Assembly (NCBI RefSeq): GCF_009914755.1
Contig: NC_060928.1
DNA from: the human T2T-CHM13v2.0 reference genome, Homo sapiens
DNA: 64,000 nt
Reading direction: 5' to 3' (one strand)
Shown here: positions 20,161 to 34,723 of the stretch, in pieces
Layout of the letters: each line of letters starts with the position of its first letter
Position numbering within the stretch: position 1 is the stretch's first letter
The notes under the pieces: generated by a model
The model's database searches: none
What the model saw: only the letters and a program-made list of their open reading frames with translations
Told to the model about the DNA's origin: nothing
Made by a program: the position numbers and the translations under genes

Positions 20161-21251
20161 CTATATAAATAAATAAAACTGTCCTTTCTCTCTATAGCAC
20201 CTAGCAAGATAAACGGGCTGCATTATAAACACATTTACTCTGCTCCTTTCTTATAAGACACCAATAAATTCCACTTACCAAAGGAAAAAATGGATGTAAG
20301 TTTGTGTTAACTGGGTTACTGTGAGCCTGAATGGGAATCTAACTAAAGCAATACTTAATAAGCATCTAGTGATGACGAGAGAAAATTCCTGACCTCAGAG
20401 TGGGGAAAGCATACCAATAATGGTAATTTAGATTTTATATATATATATATATTTGTTTTTTAAAAATTATCTTTATATTTTAAGAACCATAGGAAAGACA
20501 TTAATAGTGTCTAACCGGAGCTCAGATGGAGAAATTACAATGACATTTAGCTTGGCGAATTTAACTTCCCCTATACCAAAAAAAAAAAAGATGTGGAGGG
20601 GAGGAAAATGGTCACAAGAAAAGACACAGCCATGAAATAAGGTGGGTAGCCATTCATCCAATCAACAAGCCTATAGGCATTGAAAGGACACATGAATGTG
20701 TTGTCCAGATGCAAACCAACAGGATTAAAAAGCCAATTCAGCTGAAGAACAAGGTGTCAAAAGAACAGTTCAACACAAAATGTCAGATAAGCCCACAGCT
20801 AATTTACAGCCAACTAGCCACTGCTATTCATAGTTTAGTATATTCTAAGTTTCTCCATTTTTTGGTACATAACTTTTGGAATGATAAATTTGTTACTAGA
20901 CAGTGTATCTGTCCCGACAAAATTTCATTAGAATAGGTAGGGTAGGGCTGTCTCTTCTAACACTTTTAAACCAGTCCAGTACCTTTTCTACTTCTATTAA
21001 TTCACAGGTTGTTAACCAGTTCAATTAAATGGTTAGTTCCTATATGTCTGAATTTCATATGCCCAGCATGTATTGATTTTTCAATGCCATATACATGAAA
21101 GGGTCGCTTTACCCTTCTGATCCAACTTTACATAAATTTCCATGTTCTGAAAAGAAGTGTTAATTTTTACATATTCGTGACAATTTTTGTATGATATGGC
21201 TTCTAAACGCAAGCCGGCTATTTCATCAGGTATTCAAAAGAAGAAAGACTA

Positions 21252-21647
<396 letters not shown>

Positions 21648-22417
21648 TTATGCAATTTTCATTCATATCATCTGCAGAACTCACAAGATGTTACTCTCCT
21701 ATTCCCTATTCTACTTTACTTCCTGAGAGGAGTATTTGACTTTGTAAATAAGTAGATTAGGAAAGAATTCATTACACAGAGAATGCAATACACAAAATCT
21801 TTCATATGACACATGCTGTATGGGAGAGGGCACTGAACTGGAGGACATGCTCCTGTGGCAGGGCAAACCTTCAGCAAGTGCAAAGCTAGGCTTTCTGCCA
21901 ATAAATAAATAAACTAATTAATTAATTAATTCTCTGAGAATAAGAAAGAATGAAAATATATGAGAGTATGAGAAGAGCCAAGAAGAGGAATAACTCAACC
22001 ACCCAAAAGACTGTCAGTAAAGAGTTTCAGGCATACCAAGAAACCAATTACGGTAATCTAGGGTTAATCTCAATCACTAGATTGTTACACATAAGCTTCT
22101 AAAATAAAACTATATAGTACTGTGTCTAAAGCAAGAAGGGGAAGATTTATATGGCATTTGTCAGAGCAGAGTTTCAACTACATCTTCCAGAGAAGACGCC
22201 TGACCCATAAGTAAAAATAACCAGCTCAGTGGAACAACAAAACAGTGAAAATGGAGACAATTGCCTACCGTGACCAGTAACCTCATCCAGCAGAATGCCA
22301 GATCCCCCTTTCCTATTTTTATGCTCACAAAGCAAACTTAACATACTTTGGTTTTCCGCAGAGCAGTGTGCTCTTTGAGTGGGCATAACCAGCATTTTGG
22401 TCAAGATAATCCTTTAA

Positions 22418-22819
<402 letters not shown>

Positions 22820-23178
22820 TAGAACTGCACCTCAGGTGAGAATCACTGCTGGAGAGTTTCCAATCCACTTTGATATTATTTTTATTGAAAATCAATATAT
22901 TGGTGTTCTGATCTGCATACTTTCTGAGCATAATGACCAAGAAGTTATGGTAAATCACCCAGTAAGACCCCAAGCTGTAATAATAAACCCAAGGTATTCC
23001 TCCGAAGCCCTGCTACAGAGGCTCGAAGGCCTTCCTAAAACAAGGGCCTTTGCACCAACTGTGCATATTTTCAAATTGCAATAGCAAGGTGATTTCCCAA
23101 TTTTCAAGTAAATTTTTGTAGTAGGTCCTTTCTAAAACTGTTTTTAAAAGATATTATTTTCCGCACCCAGCATCTCAC

Positions 23179-23316
23179 CTCATAGCATTCACAGTAGTTT
23201 TTAAGACATCCTGATCGTTTGCAATTACACCCTTTGCTATGACGTCGATCAGATTCTCCCTCCTTTCCTTTCCCTATCTTAGGCTTAAAGGCTTCTGGAT
23301 TTCTGTCAAGGCATGC
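23179..23316 (-). CDS. LIN54: LIN54 exon 11 (138 nt; [13 protein letters not shown]...[19 protein letters not shown])
   Basis: ttgcTAG|GCA acceptor, GAG|GTGAGA donor; RNPxAFxPK hinge and first half of CXC2. Confidence 0.96.
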
Positions 23317-23476
23317 CTAGCAAAACAGATCAAATATCAGTTAGAGTTAAATCACAGTAGATGAAATTTAAACACTGCAAAAGGAATTGATAACGTTTCT
23401 TTGCAAGACAATTGAGTTTTATAAAACTGATGAAACTGGATATTTCCGTCAGTTAAATGAAATAAAAAATAATCAC

Positions 23477-23579
23477 CTTTATTGCTTTTTGCCTTTCATT
23501 TTCATGTTCCAAATTGTTGTAACAATTAGTACAATTGCAGTTGTTGCAAAATTCACCATTTGCAAAGCAATCACAATAC
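23477..23579 (-). CDS. LIN54: LIN54 exon 10 (103 nt; [21 protein letters not shown]...KAIK, rest of CXC1)
   Basis: tttcAG|G acceptor, AAG|GTGAT donor; Cys-rich CXC. Confidence 0.95.
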
Positions 23580-24423
23580 CTGAAAGGTAAAAGTCAGTAT
23601 AAGGTAAAAAGTCATTATTAAGGAAAACTAATTATCTGATTATGCATACATTGTATATATATTGTACACATACTACATATGTGGTAAAGCATCTCAGAAA
23701 TCTACTCAGCTACCCAGTTAAAGAGTTAACAACACATATTGTCAACCACATACTAAGGCTCAAAGTTTAAATCACCAAGTACTAGAAATGTGGCCTAAAA
23801 ACTTAGTCCAACCAATAACAGCTGTCACACAAGAGCTGTCACACATATAAATTATATAAATTATATGTCACACATATAATTTTATGTGCCCCCAAAGTAA
23901 GGCATTTCAAAATTCTGAAAAAGGAAAAACACTAGCTATATTCTAATAGTTGAACTGGCTCATCTGAGTTATAGTAATAGTACTTTGGATTCTATGCCCC
24001 AATAAGACCAATGCTTTTCATTTAACTATTTCATGTCAAGTCTTTTTAATGCTAATAAGCAAATTAACCATTCAGTGACTTTTAAAACTACCTAGAGTAT
24101 CATCACTTAGGAGACCAAATACAAAAGTCATAAATAAGATCAAACATTATTATTAAGGGCAGAAGCTATGTCTGTCTCATGCTGCTATGTCCCTAACCCC
24201 TACTCCAGTGATTCATGTATGGTAAGGACTCTAAATATTTCTTTCTAGATGAATGAAATAATATTTTTACACTGCCATATATGTTCAAACATTCATTTGT
24301 ATGTTTATTTAAATTACTTAGACTTATGAGCTTTGGTCTGCTAAAAATTTTTAGTTAACTCCATTTACTTTTAAGTGCATTTCTAATTACATTAAATAAG
24401 CAAACAGTTGCAAAAACACTTAC

Positions 24424-24495
24424 AATTTCAAACACAGTGATTTTGTACAATTACAGGGCTTTCGGGGCCGACTGGCCGACTCTGATGGGATTATG
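24424..24495 (-). CDS. LIN54: LIN54 exon 9 (72 nt; [24 protein letters not shown], start of CXC1)
   Basis: tacAG|C acceptor, ATT|GTAAGT donor; CNC-x4-C tesmin motif. Confidence 0.95.
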
Positions 24496-25026
24496 CTGTA
24501 CAGATAGAAAAAAAGATATACATTTAATCAATTAATAGTAACTAAAATTAATTTAGTTGCTACAACTAATTTAAAATTTAAAAAATTAGACCTAAAACTA
24601 ATTTAAAATTAGAGAAGTCTCCAATCTATAAATCCCTCCAGAAATAAAGCTTTAACCAATGTTAAATGTGTCCATCTAAAATAAAAAGTTTGCTACGTTG
24701 TTCTATTTACACTAGGTTCAAAGGCAAGTTGTAACATGAAAGAGGTAGAGACAAGTATGGAATAATTTTTTTAAAAGAAGTTATCAATAGCTGCTAAAGA
24801 ACACTCCACAAACACTGTCCCTTCTAAGAAAACAAAAGTTGAGATTGCCTCAAAACTCTTGGGATTCAATTATAAAAAGCAGTGAGGAAAAGGAGTGTGT
24901 GGAGGAGGAAATGGAAGTGGGATGTGGACTGATTCCGGGTAATTAAGCACGGCTTCTAAGCTGATATTGCAAAAGCCAGTAATTAATAGATAAACAAATA
25001 AACATCAACAAAAAATGAGGACCTCA

Positions 25027-25341
<315 letters not shown>

Positions 25342-25609
25342 TAGTTAGCATCATCATTTTGGAAACATACTCAGAATGAAAGAGAATAATAAAACTAGTG
25401 TAGTGAAATTGGTGAATCTGAATAGAGTATTTGGGAATTGACTATTTCTGTAATTTTTCTGTTTGAAATATTTCAACAAGTATTTTAGAGGCATGCTCAC
25501 ATGGCTTTAAGGGGAAAAAAATAAAAGAGGATGTAGTTTGGAATATATATATTTACTGTTGCATTTAAGCTGATCTAACAACTTATGTACCTATTTTCAA
25601 AATACTCAC

Positions 25610-25701
25610 CCATTGAATGGAAGCCGTGCCTGGGTCTGGATACCAGATGTTCCAGTAAAGGTAGAGTTGCTTGCTATTGATACATATGAAGACTGCTGTA
25701 G
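25610..25701 (-). CDS. LIN54: LIN54 exon 8 (92 nt; [12 protein letters not shown]...RLPFNG)
   Basis: atgTAG|CTA acceptor, TGG|GTGAGT donor. Confidence 0.92.
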
Positions 25702-26735
25702 CTACATGTAAAGAAAATTAATTTTAGATCATATTTCCAAAAATGGACAATACTGTCAGGTATGATGATCAGTAAGAAATACAAATTCATCCATTAAGAT
25801 AAGAAAAACACAATGGAGAATATCACACAAACACATACTTCACAGAGCTCTTTTAAAGACTCAAACCAATACTATAGGTGAAAATAATGTGAACATTTTA
25901 CAGTACTACATAGTACAAATATAAAGAAAGTATTTCACAGAAGAGTTAAGTATGTCGGAATGATAGGAAATGCTAGATGAATGCTCTCAAAGTACTGTAA
26001 TAACTTGTTTGGGCTAGAAAAATGCAATGTGCCTACTTACAAATAAAATAGGTACTATACTGATCATTTATCACACTACAAATTACAGAGAATGAGAAGT
26101 TACATGCACAATAGTTGAGTTTCTATTTTACACCAACTTCTAAACATTAGAAATGCTTATGACAAAAATACTGAACATTATTCTTTTTATCAATAGCCAC
26201 ATAACATGTTCCAAAGTGTATTTCATTAAAAAGTACACGTGTGGGTTTGTTTCCCCGTCTTTCATTCTAAAGATGACCAGTAAGAGTAGATAGATCGCTG
26301 AAGATATGTCACCTGGAAATGCATCTCACAGTTTATTTTCCAATAAATAAACTTGGGCTTATTTTCCAAGTCAGTGGCATCAAATTTATGTGTGAGGAAG
26401 AGCTTTATAACAGCCACAGTCTTTTCTAAATTCATTTGGACTCTGCTGATTTTAACTTCAGTCTATTTTCTATCATATCGCCACAGGCTTGCGCTCCTGC
26501 CAAGCTGCTCTCAGCTCCAAATTGTCTGACTTGTATATCTGACCTGTGTTATATATTTCTAAATGCTAAAAGTACATAGAAATAAACTTAAAGGTTTGGG
26601 TTAACATTTTAAGATTTTGGAAAGTGCCACTTCAATACTGAGTTAGATGTGTTTGAGTAGCTTCTGTGATAGCACTAGACATCTTGGACCCCATTATCAC
26701 TTTTGCAATACAATGACTTCATTTTTTCCACATAC

Positions 26736-26933
26736 CTGAGTAACATACTGAGCTGGAAGCACTGCATAACCCACATTCCCTGTTCCCGGAGCTGGTGCCA
26801 GGACAGTGCCTGGTGGCAGGTTAGTGAGGTTGGGCTGGATCTGTGGCAGTGGTGTGGCAGGCATGATAAGCCGTTGCTGTGGCTGGCTAGTAGTTACTAT
26901 TTGTGAAGTTGGATTGATTGGTTTTGGAACAAC
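26736..26933 (-). CDS. LIN54: LIN54 exon 7 (198 nt; [11 protein letters not shown]...PAQYVTQ)
   Basis: ttttTAG|GTT acceptor, CAG|GTATG donor. Confidence 0.95.
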
Positions 26934-27085
26934 CTAAAAAGAAGGGACATATATCAATGACCACAAAATAAATTTTACAGCTGTTCAATTCAGTATAAAT
27001 CTCTTGCACCTAAATCTTAACTTTCTATTTAAAAAGTAAATCGTCTATTTGGGAAAGACTGAGAAAGAAGTTATGTGATACTTAC

Positions 27086-27159
27086 TTGTTTGACAGCCTG
27101 AGCTGAGACAATTGGAACTGACATCCGCACTGGGGTTGTATTAACAACCACTGGCTTTG
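27086..27159 (-). CDS. LIN54: LIN54 exon 6 (74 nt; [25 protein letters not shown])
   Basis: aaaAG|CA acceptor, CAA|GTAAGT donor; phase 1 to 0. Confidence 0.92.
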
Positions 27160-27587
27160 CTTTTTAAAAAACAAAAGAAGGATGAACAAGTTATTTACAG
27201 AAAATAGTATTTAAAACACTTAAGAATACTTAGCTCTCCCAAGTTATTCTCATAAAAGAGCTTAAAGAATTCCATTTGATTCCTAATTTGAGCAATCTTT
27301 AATCAGGATAGTTACCTTTCAAAATTGCTTACCCCATCTACCAGAGAACTTATATCTAAGGTGGCTACAGTCTATCCACTTTGTGAGGGAATATTTGTAG
27401 GTTCAAGACATTCAAATGAAAATACTTCAATCTGTATTCAGATGATTTATACATTCAGTACTAAATCCAGTCAAATGAAATGTATAAATAAAAGAACTGT
27501 CATTCATAAGCTTGAGTAACAACAGCACTCTATACTACTATTTCTCATTGCTCTTTCTATTCAAACCAGAGAATATATCATTCTTGG

Positions 27588-27897
<310 letters not shown>

Positions 27898-27929
27898 AGT
27901 GTAATTCAATATTTACAGAATACATACTA

Positions 27930-28170
27930 AAAGGCAGCACAGCAAAAAGGATAAGAACATGGACTCTAAAGTCATAAGACCCAGGGCATTTAAATCCCAG
28001 TTCTGCCATTTTCTAACCACTTAAGCTCTCTTTGCCTGTATCCTCATCTGCAATATGGGGAATATCTACCTTATGGCATATAAGGGTTAAGTATATGTTA
28101 ATTCTTGAAAATTGATCAGAACACTGCCCTACAAATAGTAAATGCTCACTAAATGTTAGCTGCCATCATC
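27930..28170 (+). mobile_element. MIR
   Basis: aaatcccagttctgcca...cctcatctgcaatatgggga...taaatgctcactaaatgttagc. Confidence 0.7.
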
Positions 28171-28199
28171 GTTGTTACAACTGCTGCTACTATATAAAT

Positions 28200-29200
28200 G
28201 GCATTGTAGCCATTGTTTCAGGAAAACTAAAGCACTAGACCTCTGCTGTCAGGGAGATTATATTCTAGTTCAGCAGATTAGGCACGTGTCCAAATAAGAT
28301 AAATATTATTAAAGAAGATACATGAAGAGCTGTGGGAGTTAAGAGGATATATATATATATATATATATATCGTTGGCAGAGGATGGAAATATAGAAAAAG
28401 CACACGGAGGACACAGTATTGAGATGGGCCCCAATCAATAGGCTGGCCGCATGGAGGGCACATAGACTGGAGAAGGGCATTTCACACAAAGACGGAAGCA
28501 TGAGAAGTGGAAGCTTAATCTTGGGAAGCTGCAAAGCATATTTACAAATGTTGGTGAACAAACCAGTCTGGCTAATACCTGGGATTAACGCAGACAAATA
28601 CAGGCAAAAAGGCAGATTGCAGACATTTATGGAGGACCTTGAATGTTAGGGTAGGACTCTGTATTTAATCTGTATTTTTAATTCAGTACGCAATGAGAAG
28701 TTTCTAGGGATTTTTAAATACAGAAATTATATTGAAATAAAAGAAAAATTAATTGTATTTGGCAGCAGTGCATAAAACAGAATGGAGTTGCAAGAGACAA
28801 GTCAGAAGAGTGCAAAAAAATGAGGGTCTGATCTGGAGTGATCTGGAGTGACAGCAGTGGGAATAAAAAAGAGAGAGCAGATGCAAGAGACCTGGTGTAG
28901 GTGAAAGGACCATGACTTACCAACCACTGAATGGTAGGAACTGTAGGTATAAGCGAAGAAAATGTAAGTCACTGCAGAGCTTTCAAGTGACCAGGAAAAT
29001 GACAGTTATTAGAACTAAAAACTCAAGGATGAGCTATTTTAAAGGGAGGATGAAACTTGACATGGAGAAATACTGGGATGAAATTCAGGAAAGACATTGG
29101 CACTAGACATATACATTTGGACCAACAAGAAGTGCAATTTTAAAAACTGCCTACTGCCATTTCCACTGTTAAAAGCAGATTTAAGAAGATAGAAATGACA
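28200..29200. mobile_element. L2-like fragments
   Basis: Purine-rich degenerate sequence typical of antisense L2. Confidence 0.45.
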
Positions 29201-30036
29201 TCTCTTCAGGTTTCACTGATGTAAAAGTAAGGCCTGGAGCCTGGTCTGAAAGAGAGGTTGAGAGAATTCTGAACAAAACGAAAAAGAATAAATTTCCTTA
29301 GATAGAAAGGCTACTATGATATCAGCAGTTTTTTTTTGTTTTTGCTTTTGGTGGGGACTGGAAGGATGATGGCTAAAGACAAAAAAGCTGAGAGTCCTAG
29401 AAGAGAATCTTAGAGTAGGCACTCTGATTTAAAAGGCAGCAGCCCACTGCAGCAAGGTGACAAACTAGGGTGAAGGAGGGAGAGCAGGAGACGTCTAGAG
29501 AGAATATATGATTAGTGGTGATGGTTGCATAATTTTGTGAATATACTAAAAACCAGTGAATGGTATGCTTTGAAAGGGTGAACTTTATGGTATACATGAA
29601 TTACATCTCAGTAAGGTTGTTATACAAAAAGAGTGTAAGACTCTTTTCCTGTATGAAATACCAGAGCAGTGTGACATCTGATACCCAGTTTGAAGTTGTT
29701 CCTGTTCTGTTTGAATTTTCCTCAATTATACTGAACCATTAGCAAGGTTATAATAACCATTGTAGATTGGTCTCAGCAATGCTAGAAGGAATTAAAAGGA
29801 GAGCCTGAATTCCTGCTTGGGACACAGGAGAGTGGACTCCCTCCACCACCTGCTCCTGGGAGAGATGACAGTCGCTGTTCCATGAGCACAGTGCAGTGAT
29901 TCTGAAGTGAGAGCAATGACCAGTGGAATCCAAAAACTTCCTGGTGGTCCTGAGAAATAACTGGGAAGGAGAGTGACCTGCCTTTCATCACATTAAATGG
30001 GGACTATCCCTGCCTTCTCCTCATACACATGCACAA

Positions 30037-30046
30037 ATGTGTGCGT

Positions 30047-30084
<38 letters not shown>

Positions 30085-30103
30085 CCTCCCTCCCTCCCTC
30101 CCT
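30037..30103. repeat. Compound microsatellite (TG/CG/CA)n(CCCT)5
   Basis: Read directly from the sequence. Confidence 0.95.
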
Positions 30104-30865
30104 GGCCCGGTAAAGAAAACTTAGAAACTCAAATTTACATAGGTTTGACACTTGCATACTGAGTTTTCACTGAAGCCTGGGGAATGAAGAAAATATAAAA
30201 CCAAGTGGTCATAAAACAGAATACTATAAAATACCTAGGGAAGGGGATGTTATGTAACTAGGTCAACCATCTGCATTTCTTGTCCTCCTTACCTTAGCGC
30301 ACATTACTAACTACTACTTCAGTTTTCATAGAAGCTGGCATAATTGTGTAGTTTTTAGTCTTTGGCAGGAACTCTGAACAATCCTTTAGAATAGCCTCCT
30401 TCCAAACTTCAGAAACCATACCTGCAAGTGTTTGAGGCTTTTTAACTTCTTAAATTGGTTTCCTCCCTCACCGAGATGACAGGTTGTATTCTGAAAAGGC
30501 TAACCAAGCACTTTCCTGAGTCCTTCTACTATTCTGCCTACCACTGTACCAACGATTAACATGGTGGAGCCTTTGAACATTAGTTCTTGTGCAACTTTCG
30601 GGGGAAAATGTACAAGATAAGCCCCTTTGGCATTTAAGTAAATTCCTCATAAAGAGACATTAATATTTGATGAACTAGAGCAACTATTTAGTGTAACTCT
30701 AATAAAAATTGTATTTAACTTGTTATTCCTGTGAAATAATATATATTATATATATCCAGATCTTTTATGGGACAGGAGACAGAGACAAAAAGAGAAAAAT
30801 ATAGATGGATATAAGGGAAATAACATGGGCGTATATGTATGTGGCTGGGTGGGAAGAGGGTATAG

Positions 30866-31355
<490 letters not shown>

Positions 31356-31926
31356 AATACTCTATTTTGAAATGTCCATCCCATTCCTCCACTCTCCCTG
31401 GATCTTCCTTATACTAAAGGCATACTCTTGCTAATGAATAAATTAATGTTAACATTAATTAGGTTTAATCCATTATATGGATTCTCAGCATACTATTATA
31501 CGCATACAAACACACACATAAAATACAACCAATTATATATAATGACTGCTTTCTATCATCATCATCACACTACCTAAGTAGATTGGACTTATAGCACTTC
31601 TCTCAGTACCCTGCTAAGTTTAAGTATTGAGAGAATATAAAATTTGACTCCCTTAGTCAACAATATGGTTTTTTCATTTTTCCCCTCATTAAGATTATGA
31701 TAATGATTTTATTCCAAAATCTTTTCTAAAAAGAATTAGAAAATATAACTGCTTGCTATGTCTAATTTAATAAGATATATACTAAAATACTGCTTACTGT
31801 TTTCTCCCTTCAGTAATTTGAAAGAGAAATAAATAGGTTTTATTCTTCTATAGGTTCCCTCAGGTGAACCACCTATCAGCAACAGGTAGCTCCAAATCTC
31901 TGATTTTTTTTTTAATTTTTAATTTT

Positions 31927-32031
31927 AGACTACTCAAGTATAGCAGTAAGAAGAGGAAAAAGGTAGAACAAGGAGTTCCAACTGTAACTGTGAACAATCA
32001 ATCAAGCTAATTCACGACCTTCAGACTACCC
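31927..32031 (-). pseudogene. Y1 RNA (RNY1) processed pseudogene
   Basis: Reverse complement GGGTAGTCTGAAGGTCGTGAATTAGCTTGATTGATTGTTCACAGTTACAG...GAACTCCTTGTTCTAC...CTTGAGTAGTCT matches hY1 end to end. A-rich tail at 31904-31926. Confidence 0.88.
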
Positions 32032-32040
32032 TCTGATCTC

Positions 32041-32340
32041 TTTTTTGTTGTGTTTTGTTTTTTTTGAGATGGAGTCTCGCTCTGTCGCCCAGGCTGGAGT
32101 GCAGTGGCGCAATCTTGGTTCACGGCAACCTCCGCTGCCCAGGTTCAAGCGATTCTCCTGCCTCAGCCTCCTAGGTAGCTGGGATCACAGGCACGTGCCA
32201 TCACACCCAGCTAATTTTTGTATTTTTAGTAGAGACGGGGTTTCGCCATGTTGGCCAGACTGGTCACGAACTCCTGACCTCAGATGATCCTTGGCCTCCC
32301 AAAGTGCTGGGATTACAGGAGTGAGCCACAGCGCCTGATC
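32041..32340 (-). mobile_element. Alu abutting the Y1 retrocopy
   Basis: Dimer, TSD taccctctgatctctt (32027-32042 / 32341-32356). Confidence 0.92.
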
Positions 32341-32620
32341 TACCCTCTGATCTCTTAATAAAAATCAAAGAGTAACCAACTAGTCTTTAATTCTTCTATT
32401 TACTTTCGATAAACAATATATCACTTAATTGCCATCAACTGCTTCTTGACATTGTCAGAATATAAAACAAGGAAACACGTAAGCCCTAAACTATAAACTA
32501 TCCCGATCCTTTCATATCCCTCAATTTTTAGAAAAGTAGCTAAATATGAAAAAGGTCATTTATGTGTCTATGGATGTATATCAGGTGGTAAGAAGGGTTA
32601 AACACAAACATAGAAAATAG

Positions 32621-33028
<408 letters not shown>

Positions 33029-33443
33029 TGAAAGTGACATTAAGTTCTTTCTTACTTACACCTTGCCTATTTGTCATTTCAACTGACCCAAACCCTATCA
33101 AGGGGCTTTATAGTTTAGCAAATAAAATACATAATACGGTTCCATCTAAATGTATCCCACTGGCATAAATGGCAGGTTTTAAAACCAGCAATAAAATGGC
33201 TAACCACGAATTAACAAATAATTACTATTATCTGGTATAATACCACACTGTGTACCAACATCTAGCAGAAAGAATACTACAGTTATGCGCAACTATCATT
33301 CTATTTCACTGCCTTCTGCACCAGTTACTGGCTCAAACTCAGTTGAAATGCCACTCTTCATCAGGATTTCAGCAAGAAATGGACAAATGTTCTTTAATCA
33401 TGTTAAAAGCATGAATTACTGTTTTTAAAAAATGGTTACTAAC

Positions 33444-33660
33444 CTTGCTGAAGAGGCTGAGTGTTTGTACTGGGATTCTGACTAACTGGCTGGGTTGAGC
33501 TACTGGCTGATGTGGCAGTAACAAGTCGGACATAATGAAACTTGCTTCCAGGCACTTGAATCTGCTGGACATTGGGAGCAGTTGCCAGAGGAATAATTGT
33601 CTTAAACTGTGATGTGCTCACTCCTCCAACAGTGATGGTCTGCACAGTTGATTTCACTGC
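33444..33660 (-). CDS. LIN54: LIN54 exon 5 (217 nt; [13 protein letters not shown]...NTQPLQQ)
   Basis: ttaatAG|GCA acceptor, AAG|GTTAG donor; frame consistent. Confidence 0.95.
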
Positions 33661-34107
33661 CTATTAAACAATACAACATGGCTGTCATTAATCTGGGATG
33701 TAACTTTCCTACTATTTTTAATTTATAACCATTGCTCAAGTTGTAAAGTATGCTCCTGTATTGCATCAAAAGCTGCTGAAAGGAACAACCTGTTCAAAGA
33801 GAAATGAAAAGAATGGTAATAAATACAGAAATAAAACCAAAATTAATGAGTTCTACCTTCCATCTCTAGTAGTTAACTTCCTTGGTAGTCCATTTCAGAT
33901 GACTTGCTATGAAGAAATTATTACTTAATTTGCAAGTACTTACACAACTTTGTTAATATCAGGTAAAATTTATAAGAAAAGAATTATTTTAAAATTCCCA
34001 GAATTAAGCCCCATATTCAATATAGAGAAAAGATGATATAGATGGTTGGCATTATTGCTACCCACCAAAATAACTACAACAAATTTTATATTCCCATGTT
34101 CTGTATG

Positions 34108-34208
34108 TTTTGTATTTTTAGTAGATATAGGGTTTCACCATATTGGTCAGACTGGTCTTGAACTCCTGACCTCAGGTGATCCACCTGCCTCAGCCCCCCA
34201 AAGTGCTG
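34108..34208 (-). mobile_element. Internal Alu left-arm fragment
   Basis: Covers only the linker to the aaagtgctg region; no tail or 5' end. Confidence 0.85.
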
Positions 34209-34390
34209 CTTTTTCCCAAAAGAAAAGCCTACCTGATACCCTTACTAAGTTTAGTAAATTCTGAAAGGCATAATACTCCCTAGGTATAAAAGTACCCACT
34301 AGCATATGGGCAGGAGGCCAAATTCAGTCCAAAATTACCAATTTTGTTTGTCTAGGGAAACTAGTTTTGTATTCCCTGAGTCAAAAAAAA

Positions 34391-34394
<4 letters not shown>

Positions 34395-34441
<47 letters not shown>

Positions 34442-34585
34442 TGAAGACAGGGTCTCATTCTGTCACCCAGGCTGGAGTGCAGTAGTGCAATAACGGCTCA
34501 CTGCAGCCTTGACCTCCTGGGCTCAAGCCATCCTCCTGCCTCAGCCTCCTGAGCACGTAGGACCACAGGTACCACGCCCAGTTAA

Positions 34586-34618
<33 letters not shown>

Positions 34619-34723
34619 GACACAGGGTCTCACTTTGCTGCCCAGGCAGGTCTTGAACTCCTGGGCTCAAGCAATCCTCCTACCTCAGCTTCCCAAAGGG
34701 TAGGGATTACAGGTGGGAGCCAC
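34395..34723 (-). mobile_element. AluJ-like with (AT)n(T)n tail and (TG)n linker (34588-34615)
   Basis: Read directly from the sequence. Confidence 0.88.

Noticed and set aside
22881-23178. Intronic polyadenylation after LIN54 exon 11 (read-through VRCWVRKII...FT*, AATAAA at 22881-22886)
   Set aside because: A single hexamer in AT-rich DNA, while the exon 11 donor is strong; there is no other support.
23820-23885. Short direct repeats (gctgtcacac, atataaatt)
   Set aside because: Local slippage duplications with no regular spacer structure; not an array.
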